The translations under genes and the position numbers were made by a program. A stretch of DNA of 64,000 bases from Oligoflexales bacterium (GTDB taxonomy: Bacteria > Bdellovibrionota_B > Oligoflexia > Oligoflexales > JAPPIL01): contig OZ245333.1 of assembly GCA_965226195.1 (NCBI GenBank), positions 1,185,205 through 1,249,204 on the forward strand, in the 5' to 3' direction. Positions 18,888 through 28,114 of this stretch are shown piece after piece. Below the pieces are notes generated by a model that saw only the letters and a list, made by a program, of their open reading frames with translations, made no database searches and was not told the DNA's origin. Within the stretch, counting starts at the first letter, position 1, and every line of letters starts with the position of its first letter.

Positions 18888-20714
18888 TCACTTATTGAGA
18901 AAGGTTCTGCTAGCTTCGATTTCGGCTTTCAGTCCCTGCAATCTCGGAATAGCCTTGTCGAGAAAACGGTGGGCGGTTTTTTCTCGCGTGCTGTCTGCCT
19001 CTGCGTCCCAGACGAGAGCTTCGGCGAGAGCGACGCGACATTTCATCTCACACAAGCGTTCGGAGTTAAGCAAAGCATGGCTGAAGTCCCGTAATTTGAT
19101 GTTTTTTTTCAATTTTTCCAATCCCCGTAATAAATCCTTCATGCGCAGCTGTGAGACACCACTGGCAAAATTTTTACCGATCAAGGTGAGCAGTATCTTG
19201 ACAGTTGCTGAATTGACAAGTTGCTTGGCTTTATTAAGTTTTTTACGTAACTTACTGCTTTCAGAGATGCCCTTGACGTTTAGAGCTAGCGTGCGTTCGA
19301 TGAAGGCACGCGGATTGCGCAGCACGCCCTTGAGCAAGTCCTTGACACACATCAGCGCTTGAATTTGCGACGTGCCTTCGTAGAGGGAAAGGATCACGCT
19401 CTGTCGCAACCACAGTTCGGGCAAATACTCGCGGCTGTAGCCATAGCCACCGTGGATCTGCAAGGCATTGCGAGCATGCATGACGACATTCTCACCGACT
19501 TGATACTTGATGAGTGGTATCCACTGCCTGATGCGGCGGCGGTAAGCACTCATCCTATGTTCCAGCTGGTGGCGTAATTCATGATCGAGGTCAGGATTAG
19601 CTGTGAGGTAAGTCTTTGCCATGTCGATAAACGACTGGCGAAAAGCTGCTTTATAGACGAGGCTGCGGATTGCTTTAAGATCCATCTCCATATCGAGCAA
19701 TTTGTCGGCAATCAGTTCATGTTCAGCTATTTTCTTGCCCCACGTGCGTCTTTCTGAGGCATAGCTCGTGGCAAGACGGTAGACTGCTTCAAGTGTGCCC
19801 ACGCCCTGAAATCCAGTGACAATTCGTGCTCCATTCATCAGCAGCAGCATGTAGGAAAAACCTTTGTCGGCTTCGCCGAGTAGTTGTGCTTGTGATCCGT
19901 CGAAGTTAAGATCGCAGGTCGCGGAACCTGCCAAACCGAGTTTATCTTCAAGGCGGGCAACCTGATAGTTGGGCTTGCCATCGATCAGCCGCGGGGCGAC
20001 GAACAGCGAGAGGTGCTGCAAACCCTGTCGTCCCTTGCTGGTATTAGCAAGTACCAGAGCCACGTCGGCTGCTCCGTTGGTAATGAAGCGCTTGCTCCCG
20101 TACAGATGCCAATTGCCATCGTCCTGCTGTTCAGCATAGGCAGTCAGAGCAGCAAGGTCACTGCCCGCGCCTGCTTCCGTTAGCACCATGCAGCCCGACC
20201 ATTCTCCACTGCTGAGTTTGGGCACATAGCGTTGTTTGAGTTCTGCGTTGCCGAAAATTTCTATAACTTCTGCTACTGTGCCGTGCCAGATGACATTTAG
20301 GGCGGTCGAGGGGCAGGCACGGAACAGCAGTTCAAACATGCTGCACTGCACCATGAAAGGTGCTCCCAGTCCACCCCATTCAGTGCGACTTGTGAAGGGA
20401 GCAATCCCCATGTCATACAGCAGCTTGATGTTAGCTGCCAGCCGCGGCCCTGGCAGCAAGTTGCCCAACTCGTCGACGCTAAGTTTTTCGTCCTCCACCT
20501 GTCGTGTGTGGGGTGCAACTTCGCTGCCAACCACCTCACCGAACGATGCTAAGGCCTGCAACCAAGCCTGTTCATATTCTTCGGCAGTGCTGGCGGCAAC
20601 CGCGTCTCGATCCTGTGTAGAGGTAAGCGCGTAGAGTTCCTGCAAAAACCCTGATTGGCGCAGGTGAAAATCTAAATCGGGATTGTCAGAAAAAAAATCT
20701 GCCTTCTTGCGCAC
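18888..20714 (-). CDS. long-form acyl-CoA dehydrogenase (FadE-like)
   Basis: ACAD blocks: CMVLTEAGAGSDL, KRFITNGA, ALQIHGGYGYSREYLPELWLRQSVILSLYEGTSQIQ. Confidence 0.85.
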   Translation of the reverse strand: MRKKADFFSDNPDLDFHLRQSGFLQELYALTSTQDRDAVAASTAEEYEQAWLQALASFGEVVGSEVAPHTRQVEDEKLSVDELGNLLPGPRLAANIKLLYDMGIAPFTSRTEWGGLGAPFMVQCSMFELLFRACPSTALNVIWHGTVAEVIEIFGNAELKQRYVPKLSSGEWSGCMVLTEAGAGSDLAALTAYAEQQDDGNWHLYGSKRFITNGAADVALVLANTSKGRQGLQHLSLFVAPRLIDGKPNYQVARLEDKLGLAGSATCDLNFDGSQAQLLGEADKGFSYMLLLMNGARIVTGFQGVGTLEAVYRLATSYASERRTWGKKIAEHELIADKLLDMEMDLKAIRSLVYKAAFRQSFIDMAKTYLTANPDLDHELRHQLEHRMSAYRRRIRQWIPLIKYQVGENVVMHARNALQIHGGYGYSREYLPELWLRQSVILSLYEGTSQIQALMCVKDLLKGVLRNPRAFIERTLALNVKGISESSKLRKKLNKAKQLVNSATVKILLTLIGKNFASGVSQLRMKDLLRGLEKLKKNIKLRDFSHALLNSERLCEMKCRVALAEALVWDAEADSTREKTAHRFLDKAIPRLQGLKAEIEASRTFLNK

Positions 20715-21083
20715 AAACTATCCCCACAATGGCGGACGCAGCCTAGCATACTTATGCCTGTAAAGTAAACAGGTGCGTTTTCTCTCTTCCAAGTAGGTAT
20801 CGTGAAAGCTTGATAGGAAGCTATCATTTATTTACTAACCAGTGACACCTGATCCACTCCCACGTGATCTTTGTCACTGCTGACCCGCCGCCCTTCCCAC
20901 GTAAAAATGGTTTCATATCAATATGTTACCGCGCGGCAAGTGTTATGCAGCCAGAGTCTGATATTGGTATGATGCAACAGAAAACAGTTTTTCTCCTACA
21001 TTATCACTAAAGTATAGCGTTAATTTTCCGATAACCTTTACGGCATTGTGTTGTTAGCAAAACTTTAAGATGGGTCTAATACA

Positions 21084-22490
21084 GTGAAGCGCATCGTTTT
21101 ACAGTTATTACAGTGTGTTGTCTCGTTTGGTATGCTGTTCTTGTCTATGCCCAGCTATGCTGAAATGTCGGAGGAAGCGGCACGTGCTACGGCAGTGCTT
21201 ATGCATGGACGAATCACCGGTATCCCTCCTAGTGTAGAGACCATGACTGCCATGACGAAGTTGTTGACAGAGGGTGATGCTAAGGGAGCAGCGTTGTTGG
21301 CTACCGAGAGTTCTGCTTTCTACAATCTTAAACTGCGCAGTATGTTTAGTGCTTGGTCAAATGTTTCAGGCAACACCAACACGGTGTTAAACGATATGGT
21401 GGCAACGTTAATCGGTATTGTCAGAGATGATATTCCTTTTAAAGAGGCACTCTATGGCGATTATCTCTATACCGCACGGGATGATTTGCTTGTTGAAACG
21501 CAGAAGACACTGGACGATAACGGGCAGCCGCTTAGCCGCAATAACGCCAGTGACTGGTGTAAAGCTAAGATGTTTCCTCCCTACGGGGCGACCTCTAACG
21601 AGCATTACTATTGTTTGCAAAAGTACGGGCATGATTTAAAAGACAGTCTCCAACAGAAAAGACAGTCAGAAGTTGATCGCGGCCACTGGTTTAAGATCAT
21701 CGGTGATACAAGAGAGTACGATGAACAGGGAGAGGTAGTTAGTGGGCAAGTGTTGTGGAAGGTGGTGCAAGAGGGTGCTCTGCCACGTGAGGGTATAGCT
21801 GGAATTCTGTCCACGAGGGAGTTTGGCCGTGCTTATTACTCTGCTGGCACTAACAGAAGAGCTACTGCTTTTGTATTAAAATACTTTCTCTGCCACGATA
21901 TGGAAAAGTTGCACGATATAAACGTGCAAGAAAACTTTATTCGCCAAGATGTAAGCCGTGAGCCCGGTGGTGATCATAGCCTCTTCAAAAAACGATGCCG
22001 CGGTTGTCACGCGGGAATGGATGCACTCAGTGGCTGGAACGTCTACTACGATTTTGGTGAAGATGGGGTAAAGCGTAGCGATAACGGCAGGTATCTTGGT
22101 GAACAGCTAACTTACAGTCACGGTGTAGTGCAAAAAAAAATAACCAAAAATGTTATCGATCCGGATGTTGGTTTTGATTACCGCAAGGAAATAAACGCTA
22201 ACGATGCTTTCAGAAACCTGTGGACAGAAGGGCAGAACGAGGTTTTAGGTTGGCGTGGCGAGGCTTCTGGCAACGGTGCGAGGGAGTGGGGGATGATGAT
22301 TGCGGCCAGCCAAGCATTTTCACAGTGCATGGCAACACATGTTTACGAAAATGTATGCTTTAATAAACCAGAGTCAGACAAAGAAATGCGTGCTAGAGAC
22401 GCACTAGCACAAAATTTTGAAACGGAACAATATAACATGCGTAAATTATTTGCTGACACTGCTGTTGCTTGTTTAATGGAGAGTGAGTGA
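21084..22490 (+). CDS. secreted CxxCH-motif protein, DUF1588-like (cassette 1)
   Basis: Signal peptide. GILSTREFGRAYYSAGTNRRATAFVLKYFLCHD followed by CRGCHAGMDALSGW. Confidence 0.5.
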   Translation: MKRIVLQLLQCVVSFGMLFLSMPSYAEMSEEAARATAVLMHGRITGIPPSVETMTAMTKLLTEGDAKGAALLATESSAFYNLKLRSMFSAWSNVSGNTNTVLNDMVATLIGIVRDDIPFKEALYGDYLYTARDDLLVETQKTLDDNGQPLSRNNASDWCKAKMFPPYGATSNEHYYCLQKYGHDLKDSLQQKRQSEVDRGHWFKIIGDTREYDEQGEVVSGQVLWKVVQEGALPREGIAGILSTREFGRAYYSAGTNRRATAFVLKYFLCHDMEKLHDINVQENFIRQDVSREPGGDHSLFKKRCRGCHAGMDALSGWNVYYDFGEDGVKRSDNGRYLGEQLTYSHGVVQKKITKNVIDPDVGFDYRKEINANDAFRNLWTEGQNEVLGWRGEASGNGAREWGMMIAASQAFSQCMATHVYENVCFNKPESDKEMRARDALAQNFETEQYNMRKLFADTAVACLMESE

Positions 22491-23140
22491 TGCAGTTTCT
22501 AGCCAAAATGACACTCTGCTGTTTTTTTATATCTGCCTGCCAATCTGGTGTGGATAGTGAAGCTGAGCAAGCTGGTACTGCCGCAGTCGTGACTGTAGAA
22601 AAAGTCTCCAGAAAAATAGGAGTACGAAACTTTCAAGAGATAAATCTAACTATGAGCTCGCTGACTGGAATCGACAACCAATCAAAACCGATAAAAGAAG
22701 TTTATAACATTGTAAGCAGTATGTTGCCGCTCGACAACTCAGCGAATGCCTTTCACCCTCCTGTGCAAGTTGCCGTATTTCGCTTAGCTAGTTCCTACTG
22801 TCATCAGTTGATAAATAATGGGGAGGGACGTGCTGAGATATTTCCTGAGATAGATTTTGATGCTCCCGCAGCGGTTGCTTTAGCACCAGATAAACGTGAC
22901 GATGTTGCCACTGCTTTCGTGGCTGCTTTCTGGGATCGATCTGCGGCAGTGCAATTACCTGTATCAGAGTCGGTGGCTAAGATTACCCAGTATATCGGTG
23001 AGGCACTCGGTGAGTCTAGTGCTACCAAGGACTCGGAGCGTTATATTGCCAATGATGTCAAACCGATGCGACAAACTAAGGAAGTGCTTTTTACTGTCTG
23101 TAACGCGATGCTGGCCAGTGCGCCAGTGATGTTTCATTAA
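22490..23140 (+). CDS. hypothetical lipoprotein (cassette 1)
   Basis: ATG overlaps the upstream TGA (TGATG). Lipobox FISAC. Confidence 0.5.
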   Translation: MQFLAKMTLCCFFISACQSGVDSEAEQAGTAAVVTVEKVSRKIGVRNFQEINLTMSSLTGIDNQSKPIKEVYNIVSSMLPLDNSANAFHPPVQVAVFRLASSYCHQLINNGEGRAEIFPEIDFDAPAAVALAPDKRDDVATAFVAAFWDRSAAVQLPVSESVAKITQYIGEALGESSATKDSERYIANDVKPMRQTKEVLFTVCNAMLASAPVMFH

Positions 23141-23162
23141 GTATTAATTATGGAGACATGCC

Positions 23163-24617
23163 ATGTCTACGCAAAAAAAATTGACCCGCAGAGAATTTCT
23201 CAATACTAGCGCGGTGCAGGTCTCTGGCTCGGTATGTCTGCCCAGTCTTGCAACATTACTCTACGGTGGTAGGGCATTGGCTACGAATAATTGTGCCCCG
23301 CCAAAGGTTGTGAACAAAGATGCTCCCGCTTTCATCGCACTCGATCTGCAGGGCGGCGCAAGCATTGCTGGCAATAATGTCATGGTTTATGACACTGGCG
23401 GCGAACTGCTTAGTGATTATCGTGGGCTGGGCTTGCCACCTGATCTCCACCCTAGCAAGACAGACATGCTAAATACTGAACTTGGTCTGCCCATGCATGC
23501 ACACAGTCCAATGCTTAGAGGCATCAAGTCTGTTGCCGCCCAAGAAGTCCTTGCTAAAGTAAGTGGTTGTGTAATTTGCACGCAGTCTGCCGACGATACC
23601 AGCAACAACAGGTTGGCGACCGCACCGGGAATATTTTTAGGCGGTGCAAGTGGTACGATCGTGCCTTTGGTTGGCACGAACCCTTCTTTTCCCGGTGGTT
23701 CGGGAGGTAATTCGGTTACGCCATTCAGCTCTGGTGTTACGCCTGCTTTCATCAGGGATGTAAAAAGTGCCCAGCAGCTTATTTCGCCCGGTGAATTTTG
23801 GTTACGCTCACCTGAAAGAGTGGCTGGAGTGCTATCTCTCATAGAAGATATGAGCAGTGCGCAATTTAAAAGATTTTCGCAACTGAGTTTGCCTGAGCAG
23901 GCAAGAAAAATGATAGAGTGTGGTTATTTAGATGCTGCCACACTGCTAGACCCAGCCCGCGACAGTAGTGATGTTGTAACCGCCGCCGATCTTGATCCTA
24001 ACAAGCACGCAGCTTTAAGTGGTAAAAGTTTCATTACTGACCAACAGTTTGTCGCGGCCATTGAGATCGCCTACCTCATCATGGAGGGTTATGCTGGGTC
24101 GGGAACGATAGCTCTTAGCGGTTATGATTATCATGATAGCACGGCCACTACTGGCGAAGAAAGAGATGAGCAGGCTGGAAAAGTAATCGGCATCGTGCTG
24201 GCCATGGCCGCGGCACTCCAACGCAAGACTATGCTGCATGTCTATACCGATGGTGGTGTCGATGCTGACAGCAATAAAGACCCCCAGTCTGTATCAGATG
24301 ATGCTGTACAGAAATATATCTGGCGAGGGGATAGTGAGTCACGTGCCGCGGCTTTTGTGCTCGTTTACGATCCTAGTGCGCGACCTACGGTAAGCTTTCA
24401 GCAGATGGGGGCTTACAAAGCTGATGACGGCGGGACGGTAAACTTAAATCCAGAAAAACATGCCAAGATAAGCCAAGCTCCAATAGCACAAGCAGCGGTA
24501 GTATTGGCGAATTGGCTGGCTTGGCAAGGTAGAGAGCAGGAACTGAACTCCATTATGAAAGATAGTCCCATCCGCGATGAGGAGCTTGATGATTATCTAT
24601 TTATGAGAAAGTCGTGA
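23163..24617 (+). CDS. Tat-signal protein, DUF1501/DUF1552-like (cassette 1)
   Basis: MSTQKKLTRREFLNTSA twin-arginine motif. FIALDLQGGASIAGNN block. RBS GGAGA. Confidence 0.5.
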   Translation: MSTQKKLTRREFLNTSAVQVSGSVCLPSLATLLYGGRALATNNCAPPKVVNKDAPAFIALDLQGGASIAGNNVMVYDTGGELLSDYRGLGLPPDLHPSKTDMLNTELGLPMHAHSPMLRGIKSVAAQEVLAKVSGCVICTQSADDTSNNRLATAPGIFLGGASGTIVPLVGTNPSFPGGSGGNSVTPFSSGVTPAFIRDVKSAQQLISPGEFWLRSPERVAGVLSLIEDMSSAQFKRFSQLSLPEQARKMIECGYLDAATLLDPARDSSDVVTAADLDPNKHAALSGKSFITDQQFVAAIEIAYLIMEGYAGSGTIALSGYDYHDSTATTGEERDEQAGKVIGIVLAMAAALQRKTMLHVYTDGGVDADSNKDPQSVSDDAVQKYIWRGDSESRAAAFVLVYDPSARPTVSFQQMGAYKADDGGTVNLNPEKHAKISQAPIAQAAVVLANWLAWQGREQELNSIMKDSPIRDEELDDYLFMRKS

Positions 24618-25708
24618 TGCTGGTCTATCGTGACATGGGTGTGCTGCTCACGATGGCACTAGGATGTGCAGGAGACTTTGACAGCAGAGTTGCATCTCCA
24701 CGCAGTAACCAAGACCTGACTGCTGCTGACGCACAGAAAGTCTCTGTTGACGCATTTGCGCAACACACGCTCCCCTTGCTGAAGGAAATGTGTGCTGGTT
24801 GTCATGGAAATACTCAGGCACCCCTGTTTGCTGTCAGTGATGCTGAGCAAGCTCATCGTGCAATCATCGAAGGTGACAAGGTGAGCTTTGATGATATTCC
24901 TAACTCGCGTCTAGTGCTCAGACTGACAGCAGATAAGCATAACTGCGTTGACGACTGTCAAGTTGACGGAGAAAAATTTATCGCAGCTATCACTGCGTGG
25001 AAAAACGAACGGGAAAAATTTATCGCAGAAATATCTGCAGCAAGTATAGTAACCGATAGCTTTAATCCTAGAGGCACAAAGAGATTGCGCTATGATATAG
25101 GCAAGCTAGTCAGCAACCAATACGACGACGAAACTATCATGCTCCAAGCAGATATTAAGCCGCTAGATTCTGGTGGAGGATACGTGTTGAGCAACCTGCA
25201 GATTGAGACTAGCAGTGAACTTGTCTATGTCAAAGGCATCAAGCCGGTGGTAAACGGAGTCTGGAATCAGCTTAACTCAAGCCTTACTAGGGTTGCGTGC
25301 GCTGCCCACCCGCCCGCGAGCAAGCTTGCTGACTTTGCTGATAGTACCATCATTGTTGAAGATATGAAGGCTGATCACCAGCTTTCTTTCTCATTTACAG
25401 AAATCCGTATCGCTGCCGCGGGAGATCAAAATTGTGAAGAGGATAGCATGACTACAGCAGAGAGAGAAGCTTTCCAACAAAAAAAGAACGAGTTCAACCA
25501 AACTACGCGTAGGAATTTCAGATCTTATTGCTCGTGCCATGGCCCCTACTTTGAAGGCGACACTGCCTTCAATCGCGTCTGGATAAATAGAGAAAATATC
25601 GTTAGAAGAATGACGGTTAGCAACGAGAGGATAATGCCTCCTTCTGTAGGTGCCGTGCAACTGCCGGGAAATATAAAAGAAGAGATGCTAGAGTGGCTGA
25701 ATGACTAA
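24617..25708 (+). CDS. lipoprotein with a CxxCH heme-binding-type motif (cassette 1)
   Basis: ATG overlaps the upstream TGA. Lipobox ALGC. LKEMCAGCHGN motif. Confidence 0.5.
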   Translation: MLVYRDMGVLLTMALGCAGDFDSRVASPRSNQDLTAADAQKVSVDAFAQHTLPLLKEMCAGCHGNTQAPLFAVSDAEQAHRAIIEGDKVSFDDIPNSRLVLRLTADKHNCVDDCQVDGEKFIAAITAWKNEREKFIAEISAASIVTDSFNPRGTKRLRYDIGKLVSNQYDDETIMLQADIKPLDSGGGYVLSNLQIETSSELVYVKGIKPVVNGVWNQLNSSLTRVACAAHPPASKLADFADSTIIVEDMKADHQLSFSFTEIRIAAAGDQNCEEDSMTTAEREAFQQKKNEFNQTTRRNFRSYCSCHGPYFEGDTAFNRVWINRENIVRRMTVSNERIMPPSVGAVQLPGNIKEEMLEWLND

Positions 25709-25804
25709 ATCTTTCCTGACTCCGCACCTAGAGCTTTATTTTTGTTGGGGTGGGGGGAGGTAGAAACAGCAGCGTGCAGGCTACAGCGTGCACCTAATGT
25801 AGCC

Positions 25805-26485
25805 TCAAAAGGATACCACCAGCTGCAGACCAGCATGTTTTTTGTTGAGTATAGGCATGACTGAGGAATTGATCTGATCCGTCTTAAAAGTGAGATGCGC
25901 GGGTGGCCACCACACACTTACCACTTCGAGTCCCCTGACAGCCCAGAAAGCAATCTGCCAAGGACGCTTCTTACGATTGTTCTTGCGGACACACTCCTCA
26001 TAGGCCGGTTCGTAGATGTCCTTCTCCTGGGAAATCCTGCACATAGGAAACATTCCCCCTACAGCTGTCACAATGGCAGCGATGGTAAAGAACCAGCCAT
26101 AGCCCTTTTGCCAACGTCCTTGCACCGCGTGACCAATGCCTAAGCCAATCGTGGTGCCGATTACACCACCGAGGACATATTTTACTGAATTGATGTCGGT
26201 TGTGTTGTTTTGCATAGCAATTACCATATCAGCTACTCCTACAGCGGAGTCACATCTGGCAATCGATATGACAGCAGTCTTCCCCTCCACGCCGAGAACT
26301 TCTACGCTGCACTTGCCGTTTTTATTTACCAGCAACAGGGTATCGCCTGCCGTGATGTTTTTATCAGCCGTTATGGTTGCCTTTTTTGCTCCGACATCAA
26401 TTTGTTTGACTTCGTAGTTGGCCGCTCCATAGCTCGCGCAGAGAGCAGCTCCTATGGCAATAGCGATAGTCAGCTTGTTTTGCAT
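25805..26485 (-). CDS. hypothetical membrane protein with a glycine-zipper segment
   Basis: Signal peptide MQNKLTIAIAIGAALCASYG. GGVIGTTIGLGIGHAV segment. Confidence 0.45.
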   Translation of the reverse strand: MQNKLTIAIAIGAALCASYGAANYEVKQIDVGAKKATITADKNITAGDTLLLVNKNGKCSVEVLGVEGKTAVISIARCDSAVGVADMVIAMQNNTTDINSVKYVLGGVIGTTIGLGIGHAVQGRWQKGYGWFFTIAAIVTAVGGMFPMCRISQEKDIYEPAYEECVRKNNRKKRPWQIAFWAVRGLEVVSVWWPPAHLTFKTDQINSSVMPILNKKHAGLQLVVSF

Positions 26486-26590
26486 GGTGTCCTAAGAATA
26501 ATGAAAAACTACTGCCATTTTACACCCAAGTGCTATTAATTGCAATATCGGGATAGCTACCCTATTCGTTCAGTTTTCGGCTACTAACAT

Positions 26591-27512
26591 TTACACGAAT
26601 CCAATTGCCGCTAAGAACTCGCGCATCGCGGCCACACATTTTTCTGGCTGCTCTACTTGCATGAAGTGTGTTGCGTCGGGCAGGAAGTCATAGTCCACCT
26701 TGACCATGCCACTGAGATCATAGCTCGGCAGGTACGAGTATGACATAGTGGGGTCAGCCACCGATGACCTTTGTTGGCCACGCAAGGTAATCAAGGTGTA
26801 GCGGTGTGGTGTAGGCGACGGCATATTCCATCAACCGTGCCTCGTACTCACGCGGGCAGCGCAGCTCGTAACCATCTCCATCTGAACGGGCACGTAGTGT
26901 TGTTTGGGCAAAAAGCTCTAAAACACCGGGTAAGACGTGTTGGAAATGTGGTGAGAAAGCGAGGATCTCAACGAAGTCTTCTAGAGACTGAAATTTATCT
27001 GTACGGCGACTCATTTCTTTCACCCGCTGTATAATTGACTGCTCAAGGAGTTTCTGATCAGTCAACTTATTAACCAACGGCGGGTCAAACAACACATTTG
27101 CCACGTAACTATCACCCTTGTGGGACGACAGCAGTGGCAGCAGAGATGAAACAGAGTGGAACACTCCTACGATTGGTTTGCTGCCGTAGTGATGATCAAT
27201 CTCTGTGAGAATTTTGTCATGGTCTTGCACTAACACGGGGACGTTGTGGTTGGCAAGCAGACCGACAGTATTCCAGCCATGATTACGGAGGTCATAAATT
27301 ATTAGATCAAAATCTTTACATAGAAGTGACCAGAATGGGTAATAGCAATCACTCGCGAAGCCGTTGCCATGCGTAAGCACGAGGCACTGCTGTGCCTCTG
27401 GGCTGCCGTGACGACGCAAGGTGATGGTGGTATCCTTGTCCACATGCACACAGTGGGTAGAAAGAGGTTTGGGAATTTTCCAGATAGTTTTCTTATTTGT
27501 ATGAACTGTCAA
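26591..27512 (-). pseudogene. alpha/beta-fold hydrolase split by a 1-nt frameshift at about 26756
   Basis: ORF 26754-27512 ends ...AWPTKVIGG*. ORF 26591-26824 continues as DPTMSYSYLP...DATHFMQVEQPEKCVAAMREFL. Deleting nt 26756 joins them as KVIGGDPTMS. Confidence 0.6.
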
Positions 27513-27562
27513 AGCTTGCCTAAGATTGTATTGCCTGGGGAAAACCCTACGTAAACTCTAAC

Positions 27563-27637
27563 ACTAGAAGAGAAATATGGCGAGAAGCCTCTCGACAATC
27601 TTGTTTTTGAAGGGGCTTATTATTCAGTAGGAGATGG
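27563..27637 (+). pseudogene. 75-bp fragment copied from the cassette-2 Tat-protein gene (matches 31994-32068)
   Basis: 5 mismatches in 75 nt by eye. Corresponds to LLEERHGKKLLDNLVFEGAYYSVGDG. Confidence 0.8.
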
Positions 27638-27814
27638 AAGCCTTGCAGGTTAGTGGCAAAGCTGTAGACCACACAGGATAGTTGCGAGCTCTCGCTCCAC
27701 AGGCAAGCACATCAACAAAGCAAAGGTTGCGTGTGCGAGAGAGTTTCTATGTTTTGCTTGGGCAACACTGATGGCGGTTGCGTGAGTATAGTTGCTCTAG
27801 CGGTCATTCATATG

Positions 27815-27854
27815 AGGATATAAACATGCCTGCCTTGAGTTATGCAACAAAGCC
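27815..27854 (-). mobile_element. solo end of the IS903-like MITE (first about 40 nt only)
   Basis: The reverse complement, GGCTTTGTTGCATAACTCAAGGCAGGCATGTTTATATCCT, matches the left end of the MITE at 4280. No partner end is seen. Confidence 0.7.
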
Positions 27855-28114
27855 ACGCTTACCTTCAAAAATAAGTACAGGCATTACAGAATGGCAGCCA
27901 CACCTATCGACCCACAAAAACCCCGTAAAGTGGGAGTTTTAGAAAATCTCAACAAGAAAAATACACTTTTCGTGCGGAAGTCGGGATAAAACACACAAAA
28001 AATAACAGCTTGAGAAATAGTGGGTCGCGTTGTCTAAAGAAAAAAAAGCTTAAAACCGAGTAAGAATTAAAGGCGTGGCGGTATTAGATATATCTGCGTC
28101 AGTTGGAGAGGGGT

